Shown piece by piece: positions 1 through 12,400 of a stretch of 64,000 bases of DNA. The stretch spans positions 930,001-994,000 of the forward strand of contig JBLDXI010000004.1 in the NCBI GenBank assembly GCA_047495785.1, read 5' to 3'. The notes under the pieces were generated by a model. The model ran no database searches. It was not told the origin of the DNA and saw only the letters and a list, made by a program, of their open reading frames with translations. Position numbers and translations under genes: made by a program. Position 1 is the stretch's first letter. Every line of letters begins with the position of its first letter. Origin of the DNA: Lepidodermella squamata (taxonomy: Eukaryota; Animalia; Gastrotricha).

Positions 1-49
1 TAGAGATTATTCTTTAGCTGTTCGAAGCCATTTTATTGAGTAGAAAAAC

Positions 50-229
50 CTGATATTCGGTGAGTGGATCACAGCCATCGGCAGCTGGTACGCAGCTGGT
101 GAATCGATTGCTGAACTGCGAGAAGCAACGAACCGAGTTCAACGGCTGTTCTACGAACCCAGTGCCCCAAGCCACGTCGATCGACGCCAGCATGAGGGCT
201 AGTAGCAGAGCGCAGTAATACGAAGCCAT
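50..229 (-). CDS. Exon 1 of Cys-triplet/C-type-lectin family gene, copy 1 (rest lies off the left edge)
   Basis: ATG at 229; MASYYCALLLALMLASIDVAWG signal-like peptide then RCFSQFSNRFTSCVPAADGCDPLTEYQ, ending at the CAG|GT donor used by all paralogues. Confidence 0.85.
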
Positions 230-1446
230 GTGATCAGATGAACCTTGCAAAAATCCAAGGCAAAAATCCAGTTATAAATTTGTGAAAATTGTAACGAATG
301 GAATTAATATGACTGAGCGTTTCATCGTCCGGGTTGGTTGTTTTGGTTGTGGCGCCACACGTTCTGGTCTTGCGGTCGAGCACGCGTTAAAACGTTATCA
401 AACACAATTTTAGGCCATGCTGGTTCATGTTATTGGCGATGCAACTGCGTAGTAGCTGGTCGCGTGTCAAAGAGTCCACTGCCGAGTTCATGCCGGTGTT
501 TACGTCTGGTTTTATCAAATTTTTTTGAAATTTTAACAATTCAAATCACATATAGGTACTGGCCGTGATGTTTTTACAAATTTCAATTCAGCATAAAGCC
601 ATGATAAATTGGCTGTGCTCTATAAATTAAGTAAGCAGAATTCTGCTTACTTTATTTATAGGCTGGTTTAAGGCGGCTGGCATGCCGCCATTGAAATAAA
701 ACTAATAATTGCAAACAAATTATATCACTAATTGTGAAATCTTTTACTTTAAATCCATGTTCGTTTCGTAGTTATTTCTCAGTCCAAATATTTGTAAATT
801 TCAGGGCCGCTTGATAGTTCTGACTATTCGGGCGGTTATTCTACCAAAATACAGGTCCGATAATTCTCTATCGATTGAATATGGTGTTGCGTGGAAACGA
901 TGTATGGGGAAATGTTTCACGTGCACCTTATAGATTTGACGGGCGCACACTCATTTCCCCAAGTCCAGTAGCGCCGCCAGTGGCGCTTCGACTGCGAATC
1001 AATCTGCCGACTTTTCGCGCAGGAAACTGTTATTTTGTTATTCTGTTCAACTGTTCAACTTATTCCATAGACAGTAGCAAGTAAGTTATCAAAGTGGATT
1101 GCTACGTGGAAAATTGAGGTTTCTGACCTGCTACTTCTGAGCCGTTGATCGCATGACTATGGGCGATGTCTCAAAAACAACAGTCAAGATGAGTCTTCTA
1201 TCGAAAGGATGTAGGCTCATGAACAAATTCTATGAATTTGAGAGAATTCTGTAAATTCTTGTTGAAAATTAGTATGGAAATGCTGTAGTATTGATCAGTG
1301 AACTGGTCGCTCTCGGTTAAACCCTAGTCGAAATCGAATTTTATTGATAGCCCTAAATCCGTGATGTCAAATAGGTAACCTTTTCATTTCAACACACATT
1401 CACTCTTCTGCCTGTTACAACATTGGAATTGACCATTGTTCAAAGC

Positions 1447-3963
1447 TCAAGGGCTTGGCATAAATCGCTCGCATAGTGCTTGTTCAATAGTCACGCCACA
1501 GCTAACTCCAGCATAGTAATAGACGCTCGGCCATGTGGGAGACACCATCCCAGCACAGTCACCATATTCAGGTGAGCCATGCCACTGATTAGTTTTATAC
1601 TCGTAATCGGAGCCATCATCCCACTTGAGCACGCCGTTTTGCGAGAGCGACCCATGTGATTGCGTCATACTTACCACCCGACAATGCCAACCTAGCCTGC
1701 GCAAATTCGTCGTCTGACCTCATTTGAGCTAACTGACCGCCGTTACTGATGCATGCCTGAATTGAGCCAGTTCTACTGCCGTATTCGTATTCGGTCACGT
1801 TGTACACATACAGCACAAAGTACACTTTGCGCATGCCCTTGCAGGTGGCTTCGTCCGGATAGGCGCCAGCAATAGGAATTCGAACTTCGGTGTTTGCATC
1901 GCAGCCAACTGTGTCCAGCAGGCATCGAACTGACGCGTCACTCTTGTAAACGCAACGGTAATAGGCCTATCCAGTTATAAAGATAGAATAAAACAAGATT
2001 AAAAACTAGCTTCACGTGCAATTTGAATGATGTTATATAGACTACCGTAAATTTTACCGTAAATTACAGTAATATACTGACAATTTGAAAGGAGTATTTT
2101 ATCGGAACCTAATTTACAGGGAGCTGAACCTAATTTGCCACTGAAATCAAGATTGGCCACAATAATTCGAGAAAAATCACCGGTAAAGTCACTGTAAAAT
2201 TCCTAGAAGTAAATACCGTAAATTCCCGAATGCCGAATAGTAGTGCCGCCTGGGCATGTATATTTAGGAATTTACGATATAACGTGAATATGGAAAATCG
2301 CAGAAAGCATGTTCCCCTTTGTGTCTCAAAACTGAGCGAAAGTAACTGATGATCAGTTTAAATGAACGGCAAAATAGCAGCGTTGAATACTACGAAATAC
2401 GGTACCCAGAAATGTTGAAAGAGATAAACTCACAGGAGGCGATATATCTTGGATGCATTTGTCGTGATTCGGCTGGAACGTGCCCGATTCCGAGAACAGC
2501 TTAACCTGTTATAGAAAAACTTTAAATTATGGAGAAAACCGGGCCTTTGAGCGGTACCTGAGCTTGATCTTGGGGACAAGCTGCGTAGCAAGACGTTCGG
2601 TTGGATAAATCCTTGCACGAAACGGCATTCTGTTCAAACAAGCGTAATAACTGTTAAGATGCAAAAAGCTATTTGAGATCTCACTCCTAGCAGACAAGAT
2701 GCGCGGTTGATGTAGACTTTGCTGGAATATTGCTGAGTTTCATTGTTAGCAAGGCAGCCAGAGCTTTGAGGTCGGCAGTTGGTGAACTTGCTTGTTGTCG
2801 AATCGAAACATCGGATATGCGGCTTCTCGCTGATCGTAACAGTGACTGTGATTAAAAAACAGTGTGATTTTTTATTTTTTCGCTGTGAAATTCTTCAGCG
2901 ATAATTAACAGGTGTCCCAATAATTGATTACATTGTGCACTGCATGAATGAAAATTCCCGGAACTTTCTTTCAATCATTGATAAATTTGTTCTGACGGAA
3001 ATACCTGAATTAACTAACTATTTAATTTGTCGAAAAATTAAGGTCCCTTATTCCATATTTAGATTGAGAATTTATCTCAGCCATTTCAAATAACCGATTT
3101 TAATATTTGACTCACCCGTGCTGTTTATGCACGACGTTAAATCTGAGTAAATCGTCGATTCAGTGATCTAGAAGAGGAATAATTGAGTAAAATTCAATTG
3201 AGTTTTTGAAACAAAATAGGAAAATTCAACAAAACTAACCCAGTTTTCGGGGCAAGTAAACGGATCGGGAACACACGTTTTGATGACGTTGTTCGAGGTG
3301 CAGCGCCGGAATTTCGACGATTTCTACGATGAATGAACAAAAACTAATCATGAGCACTGTCAACAGAGGTTTGGAAGTTCTTACATCGAAAACAGCTCGT
3401 TGCTTCTCACATTCGTTGAGGTTGTATTTTAAACTCAACGTCGCATTTTGATCGTTGAACCAGAACGTCTGAAATACAAAAGTCATATTAGATCAACGAT
3501 GTGAAAAAGCAGAAACATAAGATCAGAGACTTCACAAAATGAAATGAGGCGTACATTCATATCACCGAGGTTGTTACAGCCGACGTTTCCAGGTACGCAA
3601 AACGGGGTGAGGGCCTCATATTTGTAGCACATTCGGGCATTCTATAGACAAACGAGGGCATTATCAAAAATAATCTGAAGAGTAGAACGAACCCCAGTGT
3701 TGCAGACGCCAGTCGTTCGAAAAATGCCACCCCACTAGTTGGTGAAAAATTCAAAAATCATCAGGTTACTGCACGCGTGCAAGTAAATCCTTGCAAACCT
3801 GGTATTCGGTGAGTGGATTACAGCCATCGGCGGCTGGTACGCAGTTGGTGAATCGGTTGCTGAACTGCGAGAAGCAGCGGACCCAGTTCAATTCTTTACC
3901 TGAAGCCGGGTCACTTGACGCCAGCAATAGGCTTAGAAGGAGAGCACAGTGAACCGAAACCAT
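1447..3963 (-). pseudogene. Cys-triplet/C-type-lectin family copy 2; 10 exons, frameshift inside the CTLD
   Basis: Exons 3963-3799, 3734-3693, 3641-3555, 3468-3385, 3323-3240, 3167-3116, 2845-2685, 2629-2558, 2505-2434, 1966-1447, all GT-AG and in phase. In the last exon WVAL and QNGVLKWDDGS...ALCERF are in different frames (small deletion near 1645 relative to paralogues). An assembly indel is not excluded. Confidence 0.8.
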
Positions 3964-5571
3964 TTGATCGAATGAGCCTTGGAAAAAAAATCAGTTAAAA
4001 ATTCACGATATGAATTTTGTAAAAATTGTATGGAATGAATCGTGAATGACGGTGCGTTGTTGTTGTTGTTTTTGATATTTTTTATGGCGACACTCCTTAT
4101 GGTGCGATATGGAACGTGTCACGTGTCCGTTTTTTTCGGCGGGTGTTGAATAGTTCAAGTCCGTGTTTCTCTCGATTGAGTGCAGTTTCGAAGCATTTTC
4201 CATTTTATTATGAGTTGAAGTTTGAAGAAAATAATTTACAAAGAAAATCTCCGCAATTGGGCACGAATTACAGGAGAAAAATAAAAAAAATATGGTTCCA
4301 ATCGATCCTACAGCATAGTCTGTACACGTCACTGGGAAAACTGACCAAAATCACTGCGAATCTCGATTGCTCCGACTTCTTGCAGGAATTGTCTTCGCAA
4401 TAAATCATAAATAAATCATCCGCGTTTTCACATTCAGCTCATAGAATAGAAAATGGGTTCGAAAAATGAATCTATCGTTGCGTAAACTGCTACAGGTGGT
4501 TGTAATACTACGATGCCGGTCCCTTTGCGAACGAGCCAGCTATAAACCATTAGCTAAAAACCCAACATATCAAGATAAACCTGTGCCAGCGGGTTTATCA
4601 TCCTCGTCAAAATGTAGAACATTTAGCTAGAAATTTAACACTTTTCTTTTATTTGTTCTTTAAATTTCAAATGTTTGAGCGGTTTACTGTGTAATCGTGC
4701 GATATACTTAGTTCGATAATTGCTGATCATTGAGGTGAACTGGGTTTGCTACTTCAACCAAAAATTAACCAGCTGCCGTTGGCTGGGATCCTCAAGAATC
4801 AAGAACACCGTGTAGATTTTTTTAAAGAATTTTCGATTTCATCATAGACATTCATTCTCTGATAGTTTATTCCGAATGGAGATGAACAGAAATCCATCAA
4901 TTTACTTGTTAAAAATCGCTCCTTTTCTCGTCCGTTGTCCGGGTCGGCTTGGAAAACAGTAGAATTGGGCTGAAAATAGCTTATAACGTCACCAGCCCAA
5001 ATGACCTCAATACCACACGCCCAAATCGGTTGCGCAGTTGTTTTCCTGGAACTGGACAGTGGACAACCCACTAGAAAATTCGCGTGCCGGTGCGGGTAGT
5101 GAAAAACACGAGTGGCGTCATGAAAAATGAGCGAGGGCGACGTGAGCTCGTAAAAATTAAATCGCCGTTCGTTTACTAAATAACTTCATTTTCGCCGTGT
5201 TTTTAAAACTTCCAATCGAACGATTTAATCTTTTCAAGGCCATGCTGTTGGCCTAGTTTCTGGCCGTAGTTTCTCTTGTCGCTAAGAACTGGTAAAGGTT
5301 TTTTGTTAATCAAAATCTGGTCTGTATTGTTTTTATGATCTCATTTAGGTCCGATTTGTCGCCGCATTTTATGTGAATTTGGAAACTGGATACCCATCCG
5401 GGCTTTATTCATTCCGTGAGGTTACGATTGAAAAAAACCTTTCATATTAGGACGAATTTTATTTATAACTTCAACTCACGTATCAAAATAGCTCATCAAT
5501 GCATTTCACCACACGTGCTCTCGCACTTCTGTTACATCTCATAAATAAGTTTGAAAAACTCGAAAATGTCA

Positions 5572-7903
5572 TTAGAATGACTCGCATAAAGCGTATAGAA
5601 ATGCGGCACCACAATTAGCTATTACATAGCGAGAGCTGCCAGACATTGGCGTTATAAAGGCGCAGCCATCAGTAACTTGGCCTGTCCATTGATTAACGAC
5701 AAATGCGAAATTGGAGCCATCATCCCACTTGAATACGCCATTCGCTCGAGTCAAGGCGATCCAGGCCGGCGCATCAAGCTGAGGCGAATTTGATACTATC
5801 TGCGCTGCCGCCAGTTCCGTATCTGACCTGATCGTGGCCAAGCTACCACCCTGATTGGCGCATGCCGCTGCTGCGGTACCTTTAGAGGCCGGTTGAGTAA
5901 AATGCACCGAGAAGTAAGTCTTGACCACAGACGTACAGCTGGGTTTGTCCGGATAGGTGGCATTAGCTGGAATTCGAAGCTGGCTAGCCGCATCGCAGCC
6001 AGTTGTACTCGCTACACATCGAACTGTGCCGTCGCTGTTGTCAACACAACGGAAATAGGCCGACTGCAAACAAAAACAGCATGATAAAACAGCATGATAA
6101 AAATAAAACCGATGTCAAGATTCAAATTAACAATAGAGAATAGAGCAAACCCTCTTTTTCTTGAGACGCGATTTCGATATTCCAGTGCTTAAAACCCTCT
6201 TTGACCGGCAATAACACCGGTGTTACAGTTTGCAAAGAAAATTGCAGCTAGATGAATTCAAGGCCAAAATTAATGCCCTTTCACGGAAATGAGGCTCATC
6301 AGCAACAAAAACAAAACAGGAAACAAGACAAATTTGCCTGCTAAATGCTGAAGTTTCGAGGAGATATTATTGTTTCTTTTTTTCAAACAGTTGCTACGGG
6401 GCGGTTCAATTCTGGAAATTTGATCAAAATGATTCATTTACTAGATTCGTGATTTGATGGCAAAAAAGTCTGGATTGTTGAGAACATGGTCTTCAAAGTT
6501 GCAAAGAATTTGAAACTCAAAATGTAGCGGCACATACCATAGTTTTAAAGGTTTGAATGTGAACTCACCACTGGGGTTATGTCCGTGATACATTTTCCGT
6601 GGTTCAACTGGAAGTTGCCCAAGTCTGAGAACAGCTTAACCTGTTGAAGAAAAACAGTTGATACCGGAAAATCAGAGGTTTTGGCTGAGCGTTACCTGAG
6701 TTTGATCTTGGGGACAAATGGCGTAGCACGATGTTCGATTAGATGAATCCTTGCACGAAACAGCATTCTGTTGAAAAGAGATTAACTGCATCAATTGCTA
6801 AAGCAGAAAGGAAAACTTACTCCGAGCAGGCAAGCTGCACGGTTGATGTAGACCTTGGTCGAGTATTGTTGATTTTCGTTGCTAGCGAAGCAGCCCGAGC
6901 TTTGCGGTCGGCAGTCGTTGAACTTTTTGGTCGTAGAATCAAAGCACCGAATGTGTGGCTTTTCGCTGACTGGAACTGTGACTGAGATGACAACGGAAAA
7001 TTCAGTAGTACTCAATTTTTTCAGGGGGAAAATTATTCAAAATTTGGTTGTTAGTTATTGACAAAAATTGAGGCCAGTAAATCACGAACCTGACCCATTG
7101 GTACATGAAGCAAGAGTTGAATACAGAGTCGATCCAGTGGCCTAGAAAAAACAAGAATCAGCGTCAAACAGGAACACATCCAACGTTCCAAATCGCTAAC
7201 CCAGTTGTTTGGGCAGGAGTATGGGTCCGGAACACAGGTCGTAATGACGTTGCTCGAGGTGCAGCGCCTGAATTTTGAAGTCTGGAATAATAGAAACATA
7301 AAGCATAATAATTAATATGGCCAAGTTTCTTGAATTTCTCACCTCGAATGCAGCTTTCTGTTTCTCGCATTCGTTGAGGTTGAATTTCAAACTCAACGTC
7401 GGCCTCTGATCGTCGAACCAGAACGTCTGAGGCATAAATTATACCATTATACTCAATTCCAAATAATTGGTTGACGGGGCTTACATTCATATCACCAGGA
7501 TTGTTGCAACCAACGTTACCGGGTACACAAAACGGGGTAAGGGCGGCGTATTTGTAGCACATCCTGGCATTCTATAGAAAAAACAAGACAAAATTAAATA
7601 AAGATTCTGCAGAAAATTTAACAGACCCCGGTGTTGCAACTGCCAGTTGTTCGTAAGCTTGAGCCAATCTATCGATAGAGAAATATTTGTATTAATCAGC
7701 CGTTCGATAATCTTTTTTTTTGGAAAAAGAACCTGATAATCGGCGAGTGGATCACAGCCATCGGCGGCTGGGACACAGTTGGTGAATCGGTTGCTGAACT
7801 GCGAGAAGCACCGAACCCAGTTCAACGGCTGCGCGCCCAATGCCACGTCGCTTGACGCCAGAATTACGACGGCTAGTAACAGAGCACAGTGATTCAAAGC
7901 CAT
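5572..7903 (-). CDS. Cys-triplet/C-type-lectin family copy 3; intact secreted protein of ~437 aa (signal peptide, 6 four-Cys modules, CTLD)
   Basis: Exons 7903-7733, 7668-7627, 7571-7485, 7426-7343, 7281-7201, 7141-7090, 6981-6821, 6767-6696, 6640-6569, 6063-5572 join into one open frame. CTLD motifs: CxxxGGxLATIRS, WIAL, FKWDDGS, terminal LCE. Confidence 0.9.
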
Positions 7904-9093
7904 AGCTCATCGGATAAACGTTAGCAGAGAATGAGGAAATAAATCACTTTAGAAATTTGTGACAATTTTAAATGAATGAATTGGGAATGACGGCGCGTTT
8001 CATCGCGCGTGCTGTTTCTTTTTTGTGTGGCACCAATCGTTGTTGTGTTTCGATTAACCAGGCTCATCCTCAAGTTGTTATTGTAGTCACGCATTAAAAA
8101 GTGCTGAAATGCTATTCTGAGCTGTCCTGGTTCACTGTTTTGGCGACGACCTACTTCTTCGTAGCTGGTCGCGTGTCATTAGGTTCACTATCGAGCCACG
8201 TCGGCGTTCTACATACGGTGCTCAAGAAATAATATCTATTTTAATCTTAGAATGAACTTTAACCAGACAACATCCGTAAACAATTTTTAAATTTTGTAAA
8301 AAAATAGACGGCGAGCAGCTCGAGTTTTTTAACTAGTTTAAAAACAAGTCTTTCTTCAATACTTCCGCGTCCATGTTCAGTCATTTTAGGGACAAAGTAT
8401 ATAAACCCTCGAACCTGAAAAATTGAAGTTTATTATTATTATTCTTATTATTTTTTTTCGAAAAATATGATGGTACAAAATTCGAGGAAACAGAAGGGCA
8501 CGCAGGCTACTAACACTGAACCGTAGCGCAAAATTTCAGATGCGGTTAACACTTTTTTATTTTATTTTTGCAGCGCGTAGTCGAGTTTTATCAGTTACAA
8601 GCGAGGCGCTAGAGAGAGGCACTGGTTTAGGTTGGTTTAGTAAGTTCAGTACATAAAGCTAGTTTCAAGATAGAGGTCAGCCATGAGCACAGATGTTATG
8701 ATTAATCAGCATCGAGTGGTTGGAAAAGTACTAAACAAATCAGGTGAATTTCGATCGCTCATTATTCTTTTAAACGATTGGTCACAATCAGTAATAGCCG
8801 GCAGTTTTAAATTACCCCTGAAACTATGAACATATTTATTAGCTTTTGGAAATTTCATGATTTATGAAATAGGGAAAATCGTAAAAATAAAATAAAATTG
8901 ATGAATGAATAAAACATGACAACTGCCAGCGAAATTGAATCGAAATGTAATGATTGCTCGAACCAATCCGATAGATTTCCCCTAGCCGCGGAGCCGCAGC
9001 CTAAACCAGTGCCTCCATCCAGAGCCTCGCGTGTGACTGATAAAGCTCGACTACGCGCTTGTCTTGATGATTCCTTGGAAATTATTCTGAATA

Positions 9094-10703
9094 CAGTGCT
9101 CCCTCGATAAAAGCACAGGGTCGGGAGCCAGACCCGGTCTTTAAACAAGGGAAAGCTATAACGAGGGCTGTAATTGAATGCAGGAGCTAAAAATAGACCG
9201 TTTCTACGTCTTAAGACAGTTGCCATGCCAACGCGCAGAAAGAGACGGACACGGATTATGTGGTATTACAAATTTCGCTCGCTGAAGGCTGTGAAACAAT
9301 AACACTATGAATCATAAGTTCGTCGCCAAGTTTTCATTCTTATTTGCCAGGGCGGCTTTGATTTGACTGGTTGGCCTTGTTTTTTTTTACTCCGATTTTA
9401 AGTCCTTCCTGGGTCACCGAACTCAGAATAAAAAAACCTGGAATCTCATTATTTCAATTTACTTCAAAAATGCCCAGCTCGTCCGATTTCGCAAACAAAT
9501 TTCATTTGAAATCAATCACCTTGGTCAAGATTGACCAGTATACTTCTGAATAAATCACCAGCAAATTCAGCCAAACATTCCTAAGAGAAAGCAGTGTTCA
9601 ATTCAAAACTAATGCTTCGCCTAAAATTCGTAGAATTATTTGAAAAATAATATGAAATTTGAAACAATTGGGATGAAAAATTTATTTTCGATAATTTTTT
9701 CGCGGTTAACCTGACTTTTCCTTTTTTTAAATTCATCGAATTAATGGCATTGAGCAATCACGGGCCGATTTCAAGGCATAAGACGTGTGGTTCCGTCAAG
9801 AGGAAAGAGGGACCAAGAGGGTGTTTAGATTGAATGGAATAAATTTGTATCTTATTCTAAGGCGTGTTCTCTCGTTTTCATTCGTTTTCATTCGACTGGC
9901 CTATTAAGATCAGAGCAAGGTAAAAAATCGGGCAGAAGCTCCCGCCGCCCCTCCTCGGGATGTTGCGATTTTCAAAGTCAAAATCGAATGATTAAAATTT
10001 GTGAAAAAATCCGTAAAATTGCCATGGCGTTGAGCAATGAAATCGTATAGTAGTGGCAGCCAGTTTCATGTTAGATCAGGCCTATTGACTATCGAAAATC
10101 GGCTAATAATTCCAATAACACAGGACAACTGGAACGAATGAAATCGGTCAAATTTTATGAGAATAAATCCATGAATTGAAATTAACATAAATCTTAAAAC
10201 AAGGACGTGATTCTTTATGATTACGCAACACAGCCGGGAAGAAAATTGGGAAAAACTGAAGTTTCAGTTTCCTTAAATAAACACGTTTATATCCTAATTT
10301 GCTGATTTTGTCTGATAAACTGGCGTAATTGTTTGATGGAAAAGTTTAACAAAAAAAACAAGACAACTCGCAGCGCGACTTGAGTGGCAGCTAATCCACA
10401 CACTCTGTTGCATAATCACAGCCATTTCAAAGCCACAAGAACAGCTTAATGCACTGCTGATGTTTCAACTCGTTTGAACTAAACTTGAAATAACTGGATC
10501 TCGCGACAACGCGACAACGCGCCGCTAGGTTTCTAGGAACGCTTTAGTATTTTAATTTTTCACGCTTAATTTTTTAAATCTATCAAATAATTATTATTTG
10601 TTTAATTAAAAATTTACAACTAATTTATTTAGCAGGGTCCAAAATTACGGTCTACAAACGAGGGAGTTCTTTTAAGGAGGGTGCCACTAACGAGGGAGCA
10701 CTG
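9094..10703. mobile_element. Non-autonomous Tc1/mariner-pogo-type element
   Basis: TA|CAGTGCTCCCTCG ... CGAGGGAGCACTG|TA terminal inverted repeats (TIRs) with TA target duplication; same TIR as 61333-63089; solo end also near 21870-21883. Confidence 0.75.
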
Positions 10704-10985
10704 TATTCATGACGAAAAACGTGAAGACGTCTTTTTATCAGCCGGCGTGTTCTTTGAGTTCGGCGTCCTATCTACGTCACACACACACACACAGAAAATT
10801 ACCCGCCCAAGACGGCACATTTATTGAGCTGACAGTTTTATTTCAAAAATGAAAACTATTTTGAGCGGAAACAATAACGCGTAGAATTTTAAAATGCTCT
10901 TTATTATTTACTTACGATGCAACGTTTCGATGAAGCATCTTAGCGTCACCATCATGCATCTAGGAACTAACAACTATATCGACAG

Positions 10986-11261
10986 TTGGGCTCCATCTTC
11001 CGTACAACCGGCGTCTGCAATGCCGGGGTCTATTCCGTCTTTTTCATCAATCGTATGCCGGGATGTGTTACAAACGCGCGGCTCTTAACTCGTTTTGCGT
11101 ACCCGGAAACGTTGGTTGCAACAATCCTGGTGACATGCAAGTGGCATGCAAGCCTCGTTTCGTTAACCAATAAATTGCAATCCCGCATCGAACTAAAAGT
11201 GAACCGATTCACTAAATGCATCCCAGCTGCCGATGGCTGTAATACGCTCACCGATTACCAG
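10986..11261 (+). pseudogene. Relic of the lectin-family gene: exon 2, exon 3, then part of exon 1
   Basis: LGSIFRTTGVCNAG (exon 2), degenerate MCYK..CVPGNVGCNNPGDM (exon 3), then NRFTKCIPAADGCNTLTDYQ|GT (3' half of exon 1). Confidence 0.75.
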
Positions 11262-11830
11262 GTTTACCACGATGTAAGTTGGCGACGATTAGGCCAGACA
11301 CTATATCGACTATCATGTATTTTATTCACATGTATTTTATTCAAAATTCAAAATCATGTATTTTTATTCACATGTATTTTATTCAAAATTTCAAAGTTTG
11401 ACAAATTTGAAAAAAATCGCGGTTAAACAGCAATCAGCGGCAACTGGAATGTCGGCTTACGGCGGCAAAACAGCAGCACAGGTAGATATCGCAGCTAGTT
11501 GTTGGGGAGCGCGCTTCGGATCGGTGTAGGCCAACTATACCGCTAACTAGACGCATCGACTGTGATAAAAATAGGCTGACTTGCCAAATTCGAAATAAAA
11601 CTTAAACTATTAACTAAAGATGTGTGATTCTATACGCTCTCCCTGCGCGGTTTATATGTCCGAACATATGCATTGTGAATGAGCATTTATTATTGAGTAA
11701 CAATGGCAAACTCATCACTGTTACGCAATGTTGTGTTGCGCAACATCTGCCACGCCCTGGGTGCGCATCATGTCTTTGATAATTATTTTATCGACCATGA
11801 ATGAAAAAAAAGATATCGAAACAGCCATAG

Positions 11831-12148
11831 GTGCATGAGTAAACTCAAGTGACCATTTGAATTAACACAGGGTGACTGAACCGATGCACACAAAACAGGC
11901 CGCCCGCGCGACCCCCGTGTCATTTGGTCGAAATTCGCCTGAGTTTACACAATAGGCATGAGTGCCCGTGATTTGCTCGCTCACCTGTGTTACGCACTCA
12001 ACGCGGCGAGTTTGCGGTTTTCGGAATTCGGATCTTTAGGTGGTCATCTAAATGTATGCCCAGCCGTTTGTTCGGCAAAAATCGGGAAGTATGAGAACTC
12101 AAGGTGAGAAGTCGTAGTTTGAGTATACACGCTCCCGGCCTTAGAGGG
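11831..12148 (-). mobile_element. Inverted copy of the piggyBac left end
   Basis: Reverse complement of ~12401-12717, ending ...GGCCTTAGAGGG|TTAA. Confidence 0.85.
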
Positions 12149-12400
12149 TTAACGAGCTAAAAATAGCTACATAAAAGCTAAAGTGCATGCAAAGTGCTGT
12201 TTTTAGAAGGGTATTATCACGCGACAATTTCGCAAAATTCCAAAAACGTCTGATTTGCTCAAGTTTTATATCATTAGATACAGCAAAAATCAAATAAGAT
12301 CATATAATTCGGAATTTCGGCGTAAAATAAAAACTTTTACCGGCCTAAAAGACTCTAAAAATGGCGATTTCTCGGTAAGGTGACTAAGAGGCAATTTTAA

